From Thermoplasmatales archaeon (GTDB lineage Archaea > Thermoplasmatota > Thermoplasmata > Methanomassiliicoccales > Methanomethylophilaceae): DNA of 60,002 nt. Within the stretch, counting starts at the first letter, position 1; each line of letters opens with the position of its first letter. Shown here piece after piece: positions 27,852-36,775 of this stretch. Location of the stretch: assembly GCA_012522645.1 (NCBI GenBank), contig JAAYKC010000018.1:1-60002 (forward strand), given 5' to 3'. The position numbers were made by a program, and so were the translations under genes. The notes under the pieces are model-generated. The model made no database searches, was not told the DNA's origin, and saw nothing but the letters and a program-made list of their open reading frames with translations.

Positions 27852-28667
27852 GTGAACAGATATCTCAGGCTTTTCAGGCTCGGGAATGCAGTGATGGGTT
27901 TCATCGGCGTCATAGCCGGCGCCTTCATAGCTGCGGGCCTGGATATCGGAGGATACTGGATCAATATATTGATAGCATGTCTGATCGTCGTTGCCGTAAT
28001 GGCCGGAGGGAACTCCGTTAATGACTACGTGGACAGGGAGATAGATAAGACAGCGCATCCCGAACGCCCGATACCCATGGGCGAGATAGAACCGGAGCAT
28101 GCGCTCCGGGTCGGCCTGGCATCCCTTGTGCTGGCATGTCTCATATCTGTCCTGATGAGGAGTGCCCCGCTTACATGCATAGTCGTCGCCGCATGTATCC
28201 TGATGGTCCTCTATGAGATGGTGCTGAAGCAGAAGGGCTTCGCCGGCAACCTTACGATAGGCGTTCTGACGGGAATGGTCTTCCTGTTCGGCGGTGCCGT
28301 GGTCGGCAACATGGCCGATGCGGCCATATTCGCAGTGATGGCCTTCCTGGCGACTACGGGGCGGGAAGTGACCAAGGACATAGAGGATATGGAGAGCGAT
28401 GAGGGGAGGAGCACCCTGCCCATGATGATCGGTGAAAGGAATGCGGCATTCGTATCCGCGGCCTTCTTCGTCACAGGTCCCGTTCTGAGTCTGTGGCCTT
28501 TCTTCAGCGGCAAGTTGGGAATCCTGTATCTCTCGGTCCTGCTTGCTGATGCAATGTTTATATACGCTGCCTTGGTTGTTTTCAAAGACCCCCGCAAGGC
28601 TCAGAAAACGGCTAAGGCCGCCATGTTCGCAGCCATTGTGGCATTTGTGCTCGGAGCATTATCATGA
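27852..28667 (+). CDS. Digeranylgeranylglyceryl phosphate synthase (UbiA prenyltransferase family)
   Basis: NSVNDYVDREIDKTAHPERPIP Asp-rich motif, multiple TM segments, and coupling to the GGGP synthase gene. Confidence 0.85.
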   Translation: MNRYLRLFRLGNAVMGFIGVIAGAFIAAGLDIGGYWINILIACLIVVAVMAGGNSVNDYVDREIDKTAHPERPIPMGEIEPEHALRVGLASLVLACLISVLMRSAPLTCIVVAACILMVLYEMVLKQKGFAGNLTIGVLTGMVFLFGGAVVGNMADAAIFAVMAFLATTGREVTKDIEDMESDEGRSTLPMMIGERNAAFVSAAFFVTGPVLSLWPFFSGKLGILYLSVLLADAMFIYAALVVFKDPRKAQKTAKAAMFAAIVAFVLGALS

Positions 28668-29401
28668 ATGTTAAGAAATATCTGATGGACGGGATCAGCA
28701 AGGGGACGCTGCACATGTCCCTTCTGGATCCTGACAAACAAACACCGGATGAGGCGGCAAGGATCGCCTTGGAATGTAAGAAGGCAGGTACGGATGCTGT
28801 GATGATAGGCGGATCCACCGGCGTGACCCAGGAGAACCTGGACGCAACGGCCATCGCCATAAAGAAGGCCACCGGGCTGCCGGTGATCTTCTTCCCGGGA
28901 GGGCCCCAGGCTCTCTCCCCCCATTGCGATGCAATCTATTTCATGAGCATGATCAACAGCACGGATCTGAATTATGTCATGAATGCTCAGATCCACACAA
29001 GCCTTGCCATCAGAAAACTCGGGATCGAGCCTATAAGCATGGGCTACATCGTAGTGGAACCCGGCATGAGAGTGGGTGAGGTGGGAAAGGCTGATCTCAT
29101 CAAAAGGGACGACCGTAAGAAGGCTATGTCATGTGCTCTCGCCGCGGAATACCTCGGAATGAGCTTCGTATATCTGGAGGCGGGCAGCGGTGCCGATCTT
29201 CCGGTACCCCCCGAGATGGTCAGAGCGGTGAAGGAGATACTGAAGGTCCCCCTCATCGTAGGCGGAGGCATAAGAACGCCGGAGGCTGCCCGTGCCGCAA
29301 GGGAGGCGGGAGCAGATGCTGTCGTCACCGGTACGTTCCTGGAACGCTGCAACGACAGCGGACTGCTCAACAGCGTGGTCAAAGCCTCGAAGGGGATCTA
29401 A
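28664..29401 (+). CDS. Geranylgeranylglyceryl phosphate synthase (PcrB/GGGPS family)
   Basis: TIM-barrel PcrB pattern (GGSTGVT...YLEAGSGA...IVGGGIRT). ATGA overlap with the upstream gene. Confidence 0.85.
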   Translation: MNVKKYLMDGISKGTLHMSLLDPDKQTPDEAARIALECKKAGTDAVMIGGSTGVTQENLDATAIAIKKATGLPVIFFPGGPQALSPHCDAIYFMSMINSTDLNYVMNAQIHTSLAIRKLGIEPISMGYIVVEPGMRVGEVGKADLIKRDDRKKAMSCALAAEYLGMSFVYLEAGSGADLPVPPEMVRAVKEILKVPLIVGGGIRTPEAARAAREAGADAVVTGTFLERCNDSGLLNSVVKASKGI

Positions 29402-30843
29402 TCGTAGTTTTCCCTTAGGTCCTCTATCTTCTTCGCCTTGGCGGAGTATTCCATGGACCCCACCTCTACGAATTCGACTCTGGGTATGTCTATCAGATCC
29501 TCTGCGATACCGTCGGATATCTCTCTCACGTCAGATACCATGGAGATTATCCTCTCCTTCAGCTCATCACCGGGCACAAGAGTCTCCACCTCGAATGTGA
29601 GAACGTCCCTGTAGCCCTCCTTCGTGATTCTCAGTTGATATTCCACGACATCGCTCTCCTTGAACAGGACCTCGTCGAACAGCAAAGGATACACCTTGTA
29701 TCCCATGCCGACCTTGAATTGCATATCCATCCTGCCGCGGGGCTTGTTCAGCTTCTTGTTGAAGGACATCCCGCACTTGCAGGGCGGATCCTGCATGGAC
29801 ACCGTGTCACTCGTACGATATCTCAGGAGGATCGTCCCCTGTGAATTAAGACCGGAGACCACCAGCTCCCCTTCCTGCCCCGGAGGCACGTGCTTGCCTG
29901 TCTCCGGGTCGATGACCTCGAAGAGGATGTTCGCTTCATCGGTGTGCAGGCCGTCCTGCTCATCGCATTCCACTGCACATGCCAGTCCCATCTCTGTCAT
30001 CCCCCATACATCCAGGACCTTGCATCCCCATGCATCCTCCAGCGCACCCCTGACGCTCTCAGACAACGGCTCGGAGGTCGATATTATCTTCTTTATCTTC
30101 AGGGCCTTGAGATCCGTCTCCTTGCCCATAAGGGCGGTAACTCTGTAGATGAACGACGGAAGGCCGATTATATGCGTGGTTTTTGCCTCCCTCATAACTT
30201 CCATCTGCACCTTTATGTCCGTATCCGTGCATGTGGACGACCCATAGCCCAATACCTTACAGGCGGCGGACATCAACAGGCTGGGATCCCATGCCGAGAC
30301 GGCAGGGAACATTATGTGAAGCGAATCCCCCTTCCTCATACCGATGTTCGAAAGAGCAGATGCGATGATGTCCACCTTGTCCACAAGGTCCCCGGAGGTG
30401 AATCCGATTCTCTTCCTGGTCCCGGTTGTACCGGTGGTTGTGAATTCCTTCGCAAGCTTAGTGGCCGATACCCCGCAGAAGGCGAGCTGCTTCTCCGCCA
30501 GCTCATGAGAATATGTGAACGGCACCCTTTCCAGGTCCTCGTAAGTTCTTATGTCCTCAGGCCTGATCCCTGCATCCTTGTACAGATTCCTGTAATGCGG
30601 TGCCTCTGCCTCCGCATACTTCATCTGCTCTCTGAATCTCAGGAGCTGGTACTCTTCGAAGTCCTCTCTACTTATCGTATCCTTCCTTTCATAATCCTGA
30701 AGCTTGAAACCGCTCTTCTTCAGAGTTTCCCTTGCTTTGATGGCCATCCATCCTTCCAGAGGGTTCTCGCAGTCCTTGGGTACCTTCCTGGACAGGAGCA
30801 TGCGCCTTACGAAAAATGCCTTCATGGAATTCATAATTTCCAT
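29398..30843 (-). CDS. Adenylate-forming ligase of the phenylacetate-CoA ligase / coenzyme F390 synthetase family
   Basis: FTTTGTTGTRKRIGFT AMP-binding motif and PaaK-like length (481 aa). Ends in TAG. Confidence 0.7.
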   Translation of the reverse strand: MEIMNSMKAFFVRRMLLSRKVPKDCENPLEGWMAIKARETLKKSGFKLQDYERKDTISREDFEEYQLLRFREQMKYAEAEAPHYRNLYKDAGIRPEDIRTYEDLERVPFTYSHELAEKQLAFCGVSATKLAKEFTTTGTTGTRKRIGFTSGDLVDKVDIIASALSNIGMRKGDSLHIMFPAVSAWDPSLLMSAACKVLGYGSSTCTDTDIKVQMEVMREAKTTHIIGLPSFIYRVTALMGKETDLKALKIKKIISTSEPLSESVRGALEDAWGCKVLDVWGMTEMGLACAVECDEQDGLHTDEANILFEVIDPETGKHVPPGQEGELVVSGLNSQGTILLRYRTSDTVSMQDPPCKCGMSFNKKLNKPRGRMDMQFKVGMGYKVYPLLFDEVLFKESDVVEYQLRITKEGYRDVLTFEVETLVPGDELKERIISMVSDVREISDGIAEDLIDIPRVEFVEVGSMEYSAKAKKIEDLRENYD

Positions 30844-30937
30844 GGGGTGTGGGACTGGTACGACCGTATAAGATTATATCGGGGAAGCGTCGTCCGCTGG
30901 ATGTAAATAGGGGAATGGCCTTAGGAGGACCGTTAAG

Positions 30938-31240
30938 ATGACACTTACACCGGAAATGGCAAGATCAGGCGTTACGCCTCAGATGCTGTCCGCGGCACAC
31001 AGGTTCAAATGCCCCAGATGCGGAAAGGAATTCAGTCTCTTCCAGTCAAGAGCCATCGCATGCAGATCCTGCCCTCAGAGCACCAAGAACTGCAAGTATG
31101 TCAGATGCATACACTGCGATACCGAGTTCCCCATGCAGGGCCTTGTCGTCAACACAAAAGAGAAGGAGAAGTTCCTCTCCAACTACATGAACGGAGTTGT
31201 GAAGAACTACCACGGATCCTTCGGGTATTCCCGTAGATAG
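30938..31240 (+). CDS. Cys-rich zinc-finger protein (hypothetical)
   Basis: CPRCGKEF, CRSCP and CIHCDTEF knuckles. Ends in TAG. Confidence 0.45.
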   Translation: MTLTPEMARSGVTPQMLSAAHRFKCPRCGKEFSLFQSRAIACRSCPQSTKNCKYVRCIHCDTEFPMQGLVVNTKEKEKFLSNYMNGVVKNYHGSFGYSRR

Positions 31241-31241
31241 A

Positions 31242-32600
31242 TCATACGCAGAATGTTTTCCTGCGATACATCGTGGTCCCGTCCTTTGCTGTGACGTTGA
31301 ACAGGCAGAAGGGTATCAGTTTACCGTCTAACGTCACCACGTGTATGCAGCAACGCTCCCATCTTTCAGTTTCACCGGTCCATGCGTCCTGGAAAGCCAT
31401 CGCGGATACTGTCAGATAATGTGTCTTGGCCCTCTTGACAAAGGATTTCCACGAATTATCCTCACTGTTGGAACTTCCGTCCATCGTCTCCTCTATCACC
31501 TTCCAGTATGTGGAGAGTTCCGTTCTGGTCTTCTCGGCAACATTGTCCGTCTTCTTGGGCGGACCCAGGGCCATCGTTGTCAACGGGAACAGACTGCCGT
31601 CGGGCAGGACCACCGAAAGGGACTTCAGATCACAGTGCACATTCGCACATGAGGTGGGCATGAAATTATCCGCCCTGAGCATGCCCTTGGTCTGCTTCTC
31701 GATCGCCTTGGTGAGATCTGACAGATAGACCCTGCTCTCGTCCTTCGGATCCTCGGGATATCTCCCGAAATGGGCTATGGGTTGGAAATGCACCCCCTTA
31801 ACAACAGGGACATTCTCTCCTGCGAACTTGATGATCTCGCCCACGGAATCGAGATTTATATCCGGAGATACTGTGACCACCAGGGTTATCCCTACGCCGC
31901 CCACTTCCCTGCAGTTCTCTATCGCTTTCTTCTTGACGTCAAAAAGGGGCTTTCCCCGGGTCTTCATGTATATCTCGTCATTCAGACCGTCGAATTGCAT
32001 GTAGAAATCATCGACACCGGCATCCCTGAGCGCTCTCAGATATTCTATGTCCCCGGATATGCGCAGGGCATTGGTATTCACCTCAACATGCTCGATGCCC
32101 ATCTCCTTGGCCATCCTGACTATCTCCGGCAGATCGTCCCTGACCGTGGGCTCTCCTCCGGACAGTTGTATGCAGCGCGGGCTGTCGACGTAATCGACTA
32201 TGGTCTTGAACATGCCTCTTATCGTTTCCATGTCCGGATGGAAATCATACCCGCACCCATTGGCTGTGGCGAAACATATGGGACAGTTCAGATTGCAGCG
32301 GTTGGTCACCTCAACGACCACGAGGCAGGTATGCTGCAGATGCTTTTCGCAAAGACCGCATTCTTGGGGACAGTCCTTTATCTCGCCCACGGCTCTCTTC
32401 TTAGGCGTCTTCGGAACGGCTGCGAATTCGTAAAGATCCTTGTAATTCTTCGCACCGGACCATATCTTTACCTTCCAGTCTCCGTGTTCGGGACACGTCT
32501 TGACGATGAAGATGTCGTCGCCCTCTTCCACTTTATCCGCATGTATGGTCTTCAGGCACACAGGGCACAGGGCATTGGTCTCGCCTATCTTATTAGCCAT
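31242..32600 (-). CDS. Radical SAM protein with N-terminal zinc ribbon; candidate tetraether lipid synthase (Tes / GDGT-MAS, MJ0619-family-like)
   Basis: CNLNCPICFA radical-SAM CxxxCxxC motif. N-terminal CPVCLKTIHADKVEEGDDIFIVKTCPEHG and CPQECGLCEKHLQHTC auxiliary Cys motifs. The specific function is inferred from architecture and lipid-gene proximity only. Confidence 0.6.
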   Translation of the reverse strand: MANKIGETNALCPVCLKTIHADKVEEGDDIFIVKTCPEHGDWKVKIWSGAKNYKDLYEFAAVPKTPKKRAVGEIKDCPQECGLCEKHLQHTCLVVVEVTNRCNLNCPICFATANGCGYDFHPDMETIRGMFKTIVDYVDSPRCIQLSGGEPTVRDDLPEIVRMAKEMGIEHVEVNTNALRISGDIEYLRALRDAGVDDFYMQFDGLNDEIYMKTRGKPLFDVKKKAIENCREVGGVGITLVVTVSPDINLDSVGEIIKFAGENVPVVKGVHFQPIAHFGRYPEDPKDESRVYLSDLTKAIEKQTKGMLRADNFMPTSCANVHCDLKSLSVVLPDGSLFPLTTMALGPPKKTDNVAEKTRTELSTYWKVIEETMDGSSNSEDNSWKSFVKRAKTHYLTVSAMAFQDAWTGETERWERCCIHVVTLDGKLIPFCLFNVTAKDGTTMYRRKTFCV

Positions 32601-32692
32601 TGTGAAATGGAAAGTTCCTGCTCAGATATAACAACTGCTGAAAGCAGAAAATAAAAGTAAAAGGAAAACGTTTGGCGGGATCCGTTGCCGGA

Positions 32693-33142
32693 TCACGCTC
32701 TCTTCTGCTCGAACAGACCCTCGGCCGTTGTGAGTGCGCCGTTTGCGAGGTACTCCTCGAACCAGGACTCACCGGACTCGGGCTCCACGAGGGAGGGGCC
32801 GGACCTTACTGCGCCCATGTACTCCAGGTCGGTGTGACCCTTCATGACGGGCTTGTTGTTCTTGCAGTATTTCCAGCCGGAATCCTCACCTGTGAGGACG
32901 ATGTCCCTGATGGAGAGCTTGTGGCAGTATGCACCGTTAACGGTGATGTTGCCGTCCTTACCGGAGTAGTCAGCATATACGGTGAGATCCCCGATCACCT
33001 TCTTGGCGATGAATCTCTCTCCGTTGAATATCCTGTCAGTTCCGGCGCTTTCGATTATCTTCTTGATATCGTCTTCCTTCAGGCCCTTGACTTCCATGTT
33101 CTTCTTCGCAGCATCGCTGAATGTTATTGCCATTTCTGTCAC
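32693..33142 (-). CDS. Hypothetical 149-aa protein co-transcribed with the URO-D methyltransferase
   Basis: 1-nt gap to the upstream gene. I recognise no motif in it, and no DxHxxG corrinoid motif is present. Confidence 0.5.
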   Translation of the reverse strand: MTEMAITFSDAAKKNMEVKGLKEDDIKKIIESAGTDRIFNGERFIAKKVIGDLTVYADYSGKDGNITVNGAYCHKLSIRDIVLTGEDSGWKYCKNNKPVMKGHTDLEYMGAVRSGPSLVEPESGESWFEEYLANGALTTAEGLFEQKRA

Positions 33143-33143
33143 C

Positions 33144-34268
33144 TCACCACGTTCCGTAGGTACCGAAGTCCCTAGCAGCTCTGGTCATAGCGAGGAGGTT
33201 ACCCGGTATCGTGTACGGGGGCGTCTCGCATGTGTTGCCCAGAATGAACCCTTTCTTGGCGTCGCGGCCGGCAAGGAGACATTCCTTGGAGCGCTCGTAC
33301 ACCGCCTTCGGGTTCGGGTTGATCATCAGCTTCGTGTCGACGGATCCCATACAGGTCGCGACATCCTGGAACTCCTGCTTCAGCAGTTCGGACGGGAAGT
33401 CGATACGGCCCTTGTATCCGACATGTATAACCGTGAACGGAGACCATACCAGGTTGTTCCTGAAGACCTTATAGGAGGTCTCGTGGTTACCGCACAGGTG
33501 GTAGAATATCTGAGGTCCGGCTCCCTTTCTGAAGCACTGGTCCACGTAGTGGCCCATCTTCTTGGCACCGTACTCCTCTACCTGCTCGTCCGCGAATATA
33601 TCGTTGTTCGCCAGAACGGATCCGACGATCAGCATTGCCATACCGTACTTGTCAGACAAAGCGTCCGCACCGTTTATGGAGGTCTCAACGAAGGTATCGA
33701 CCAGCTTGTGCGCCAGGTCAGGCTCGGTGAAGGTCCACATGATGAAGTTCTCGACTCCGATCAGCTCTGCGGATGCTCCGACAAGGTCGAACCCGTATGA
33801 TATGGGAACCAGCGTGTGAGGCAGGTTCTTCTGCACATAGTCATACAGGTTGTAGAACAGAGGTATGGTCGATCCCTTCAGAAGGTCTTCCTTCTCGATG
33901 GGTTTCAGGTTCTCAATGCCCTCTGCGGTCGGCTCATATATCGGCCCTGTGGGGATCGGCGGGAGCGTGTCCTTGTATACCAGAGTCATGCCCAGTTCTC
34001 TTACCCACGGAAGAGAGAAGAACCAGTGCGTGACAGGCAGCAGGTCAAACAGCTCGGCGATGTATCCGACACAGTGTATTCCTAGTTCCGGTTTCTCGTA
34101 GAAGTCCCTGATCGTGAACCCGCAGTGCACGGCAGCGTTCGACAGCATGATAGGATCAACGTCGATTCTGTCGTGGTAGTTGTCCACAAAGGGGCTTGCG
34201 AATCTCTTGGCGGCATTTGCGTGCCATCCGTTGAGATCGTTTGTAGGGAATAATTCTTCGTAGCCCAT
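33144..34268 (-). CDS. Uroporphyrinogen-decarboxylase (URO-D) family methyltransferase, MtaA/MtbA-like
   Basis: YHLCGNHE (H-x-C zinc ligands) and distal NTCE, in a 374-aa URO-D-like layout. Confidence 0.65.
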   Translation of the reverse strand: MGYEELFPTNDLNGWHANAAKRFASPFVDNYHDRIDVDPIMLSNAAVHCGFTIRDFYEKPELGIHCVGYIAELFDLLPVTHWFFSLPWVRELGMTLVYKDTLPPIPTGPIYEPTAEGIENLKPIEKEDLLKGSTIPLFYNLYDYVQKNLPHTLVPISYGFDLVGASAELIGVENFIMWTFTEPDLAHKLVDTFVETSINGADALSDKYGMAMLIVGSVLANNDIFADEQVEEYGAKKMGHYVDQCFRKGAGPQIFYHLCGNHETSYKVFRNNLVWSPFTVIHVGYKGRIDFPSELLKQEFQDVATCMGSVDTKLMINPNPKAVYERSKECLLAGRDAKKGFILGNTCETPPYTIPGNLLAMTRAARDFGTYGTW

Positions 34269-34298
34269 AGTAATCCCAATGTGTTATTCTCTGAGCGC

Positions 34299-34306
34299 TA
34301 TATATA
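34299..34306 (-). promoter_or_regulatory. TATA box for the URO-D methyltransferase operon
   Basis: TATATATA lies 31-38 nt upstream of the ATG at 34268, implying a (near-)leaderless mRNA. A 7-bp inverted repeat ATATCAC...GTGATAT lies further upstream (about 34340-34366). Confidence 0.35.
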
Positions 34307-34435
34307 CGTTGTCCGCAAGAAAATGCAACATCGTTCCATATCACCTTTTTAAAGAAGTGATATTGGAATTATATTTCATAAAAATGTGTTTCAAAGAAAT
34401 ATTGTTTCAAAATACGGAAAATAGCCTTTTTTTGA

Positions 34436-34834
34436 TCAGCGGTACTTACTGTATCTGTCCAGCAGTCTGCATATCCTGTCCGTCTCCTCTTTCGTGAGAT
34501 CCCCTTCTTCGATGAAGGTCCTGACGAAATCCTTGGCATCCTTGGTGGATATGCGTGTCGCCTTGGCTATGACGGATGCCGTGAAAGACGATGCTTTGGA
34601 TTCATCCATCTGCGTAGAGACGATTATCTCATTCAGATCGTACTTGAAGGGCGCCACTCTGTGCGTATTGAGCATGGCCTGCCTTTTGGAATGCTCCTTC
34701 GTCTTGGTCCTGGGCTTTCGTTTCTTATAAGTGCTCCGGGGTTTGTTAACAACTAATGTGCCCCTGCTGTCACCCGTGCCGTCCGTTGCGCTGTCTTCCG
34801 TGTTTACCAAGATAAAACTCCTGGTTGATGACAC
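34436..34834 (-). CDS. Hypothetical protein with a basic N-terminal region
   Basis: The ORF has a GTG start, a KKRKPRTKTKEHSKRQ basic stretch and a helical C-terminal half. I recognise no family. Confidence 0.35.
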   Translation of the reverse strand: MSSTRSFILVNTEDSATDGTGDSRGTLVVNKPRSTYKKRKPRTKTKEHSKRQAMLNTHRVAPFKYDLNEIIVSTQMDESKASSFTASVIAKATRISTKDAKDFVRTFIEEGDLTKEETDRICRLLDRYSKYR

Positions 34835-34913
34835 AGGTTAACCTACTTAAAGATAGCCCGAAACCGAATATAATAGGGGGTAAAGGGTTTCAGCCGCTGT
34901 CGGGAGAATCCGA

Positions 34914-35168
34914 TCAGATCTTCTCTTTGGCCCTTGCCAGGCTCCTGGCGATGAGTGTTGTCATCACAACCGCAAGAATGGTCACGATCACAGCATATAT
35001 CGCCATCCCCATCAGATCGTTGGCCGTACCGAATACCTTATTGACGGCTGCTTTGATCGCTTCGTTCCAAGACAGAGCTGCCACGAGACCGAATGCGGAC
35101 GTTATCAACGCCGCGAACGTCTCGAGGACTTGTACATTGAATTTCTTCCTTTCATCCTCTGAAGACAT
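34914..35168 (-). CDS. Small membrane protein (hypothetical)
   Basis: ATG at 35168 preceded by GGGAG. Two hydrophobic helices. Confidence 0.45.
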   Translation of the reverse strand: MSSEDERKKFNVQVLETFAALITSAFGLVAALSWNEAIKAAVNKVFGTANDLMGMAIYAVIVTILAVVMTTLIARSLARAKEKI

Positions 35169-35291
35169 AGGTGCTCCCTCACATGTCATCTGAATTTACA
35201 GATATAATTGATTCTGTCCCATGAGTTCAGAGATGGTAGCTTAATGAACTTTTTATATGCTTAATCCGTCAGCGGTTGGAGGTTATAAAGC

Positions 35292-35969
35292 ATGGAAGAA
35301 GAATATCGTTCTCTCCCCTTAATCGGGGACAATGCACCGGAATTCAAAGCTGTTACGACCAAGGGCAGTCTCAATTTCCCCTCAGACTACAAAGGGAAAT
35401 GGGTCATTCTGTTCTCGCACCCGGCTGACTTCACGCCTGTCTGCACCACAGAGTTCATGACCTTCGCCAATGGCGCAGAAGAGCTGAAAGCGCTCAACAC
35501 CGAGCTCGTCGGCCTCTCCGTTGACGGTCTCACCTCCCACATCGCATGGCTGAGGAAGATAAAGGAGCTCGAGTGGAACGGCATGAAGAACGTGGATGTC
35601 GAGTTCCCCCTCATCGAGGACCTGAAGATGGATGTGGCCAAGAAATACGGCATGATCCAGCCCAACAGCTCGAACACGCAGGCCGTCAGGGCCATGTTCT
35701 TCATAGACCCCAAGGGGATCGTCAGATGCATACAGTACTACCCTCTGTCCACCGGAAGGAACTTCCACGAGATGGTCAGGGTCATCAAGGCACTGCAGAA
35801 GGCGGACAAGGACAGTGTCGCGACACCTGCCAACTGGATGCCCGGGGATGACACCATCTCCCCCGCTCCCGGCACCATGGAAGGCGCCAAGGAGAGGATG
35901 TCCGGCAAGAACAAGGACATGTACTGCCTTGACTGGTTCCTCTGCTTCAACAAGGAGAAGAAGAACTGA
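35292..35969 (+). CDS. Peroxiredoxin (Prx6/1-Cys-like thioredoxin peroxidase)
   Basis: FSHPADFTPVCTTE peroxidatic-Cys motif. 225 aa. Confidence 0.9.
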   Translation: MEEEYRSLPLIGDNAPEFKAVTTKGSLNFPSDYKGKWVILFSHPADFTPVCTTEFMTFANGAEELKALNTELVGLSVDGLTSHIAWLRKIKELEWNGMKNVDVEFPLIEDLKMDVAKKYGMIQPNSSNTQAVRAMFFIDPKGIVRCIQYYPLSTGRNFHEMVRVIKALQKADKDSVATPANWMPGDDTISPAPGTMEGAKERMSGKNKDMYCLDWFLCFNKEKKN

Positions 35970-36019
35970 AACCGGGGGCTCCGCCCCCTTATCAAACTCT
36001 TTAACTTTCTGGAATATGA

Positions 36020-36104
36020 TGGTGCGGGGGAAGGGATTCGAACCCATGAACCGCTGAGGACAGGATCTTAAGTCCCGCGCCTTTGGCCGCTCGGCAACCC
36101 CCGC
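36020..36104 (-). tRNA. tRNA-Leu (anticodon TAA), long variable arm, CCA encoded
   Basis: The reverse complement reads GCGGGGG-TT-GCC..GGC-G-CGGGA-CTTAAGA-TCCTG-(variable arm)-ATGGG-TTCGAAT-CCCTT-CCCCCGC-A-CCA. Confidence 0.85.
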
Positions 36105-36225
36105 TTTGTGCTACGGGATGATAAACCCGTTTAATAATTCATGCTCTCGAACCTGTGCCGGCTCTGATGTTGTCTTCTGGACTCTGCTCCAATAATATAT
36201 ACGCAGAAGTGATGCCCTATCATCG

Positions 36226-36624
36226 ATGTCCTACAGCATACCCAGCGACGAACGGCTGTCCGAAGCCATCTTCATCGTGATGTACAGGAACCAGCAGGTG
36301 AGATCCCAGTCGGAGATGGCGGAACTGGTGCTCAGGGAGATCAACAAGGACGGCAGCAATTATCGTGCCAGCGGCGAGCGCATCAGACGCCTTGCCGTGA
36401 ACAGGGGGCTGTCCCAGATATCCATAGACTACAACGATGCCGAGAACAGAGATCTGCCGGAGATCTGTCCAGTCTGCAGGAATCCCCTGATCGGGATAAG
36501 TAATACCACCCTGGACGGAGGGGAGACGGAGATCCTGAGGAAGTGCCAGGTGTGCACATATTCCGTCGGGACCCGGATGCGAATCCCGGGTAAGTACACA
36601 TTCACGAAGGGGCGCAGAAGATGA
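36226..36624 (+). CDS. Hypothetical protein with C-terminal zinc ribbon
   Basis: CPVCRNPL...CQVCTY. Confidence 0.4.
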   Translation: MSYSIPSDERLSEAIFIVMYRNQQVRSQSEMAELVLREINKDGSNYRASGERIRRLAVNRGLSQISIDYNDAENRDLPEICPVCRNPLIGISNTTLDGGETEILRKCQVCTYSVGTRMRIPGKYTFTKGRRR

Positions 36625-36775
36625 CGCCGGGCGAAGAGGATGTCACGAAGGCCCCGGAGGATGTCCGTTCTGAAGACGATGCCGATCCTTGTTGGATGCG
36701 GCCCCTGGTATCGGTGAAGAGTCAGGACAGAAAGGATATATGATTCCATTCGATTAGGTGGACTCGGAGACGGGG

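Noticed and set aside
29890-32654. Long plus-strand ORFs 29890-30906 and 31770-32654, and also 32982-33800
   Set aside because: They are antisense to the PaaK/F390-like ligase, the radical SAM gene and the URO-D methyltransferase respectively. No motifs.
36105-36225. Possible C/D-box sRNA between tRNA-Leu and the next ORF
   Set aside because: A GATGATA string and a CTGATG string exist. The spacing (about 50 nt) and the lack of a terminal D box and terminal stem do not fit a C/D sRNA.
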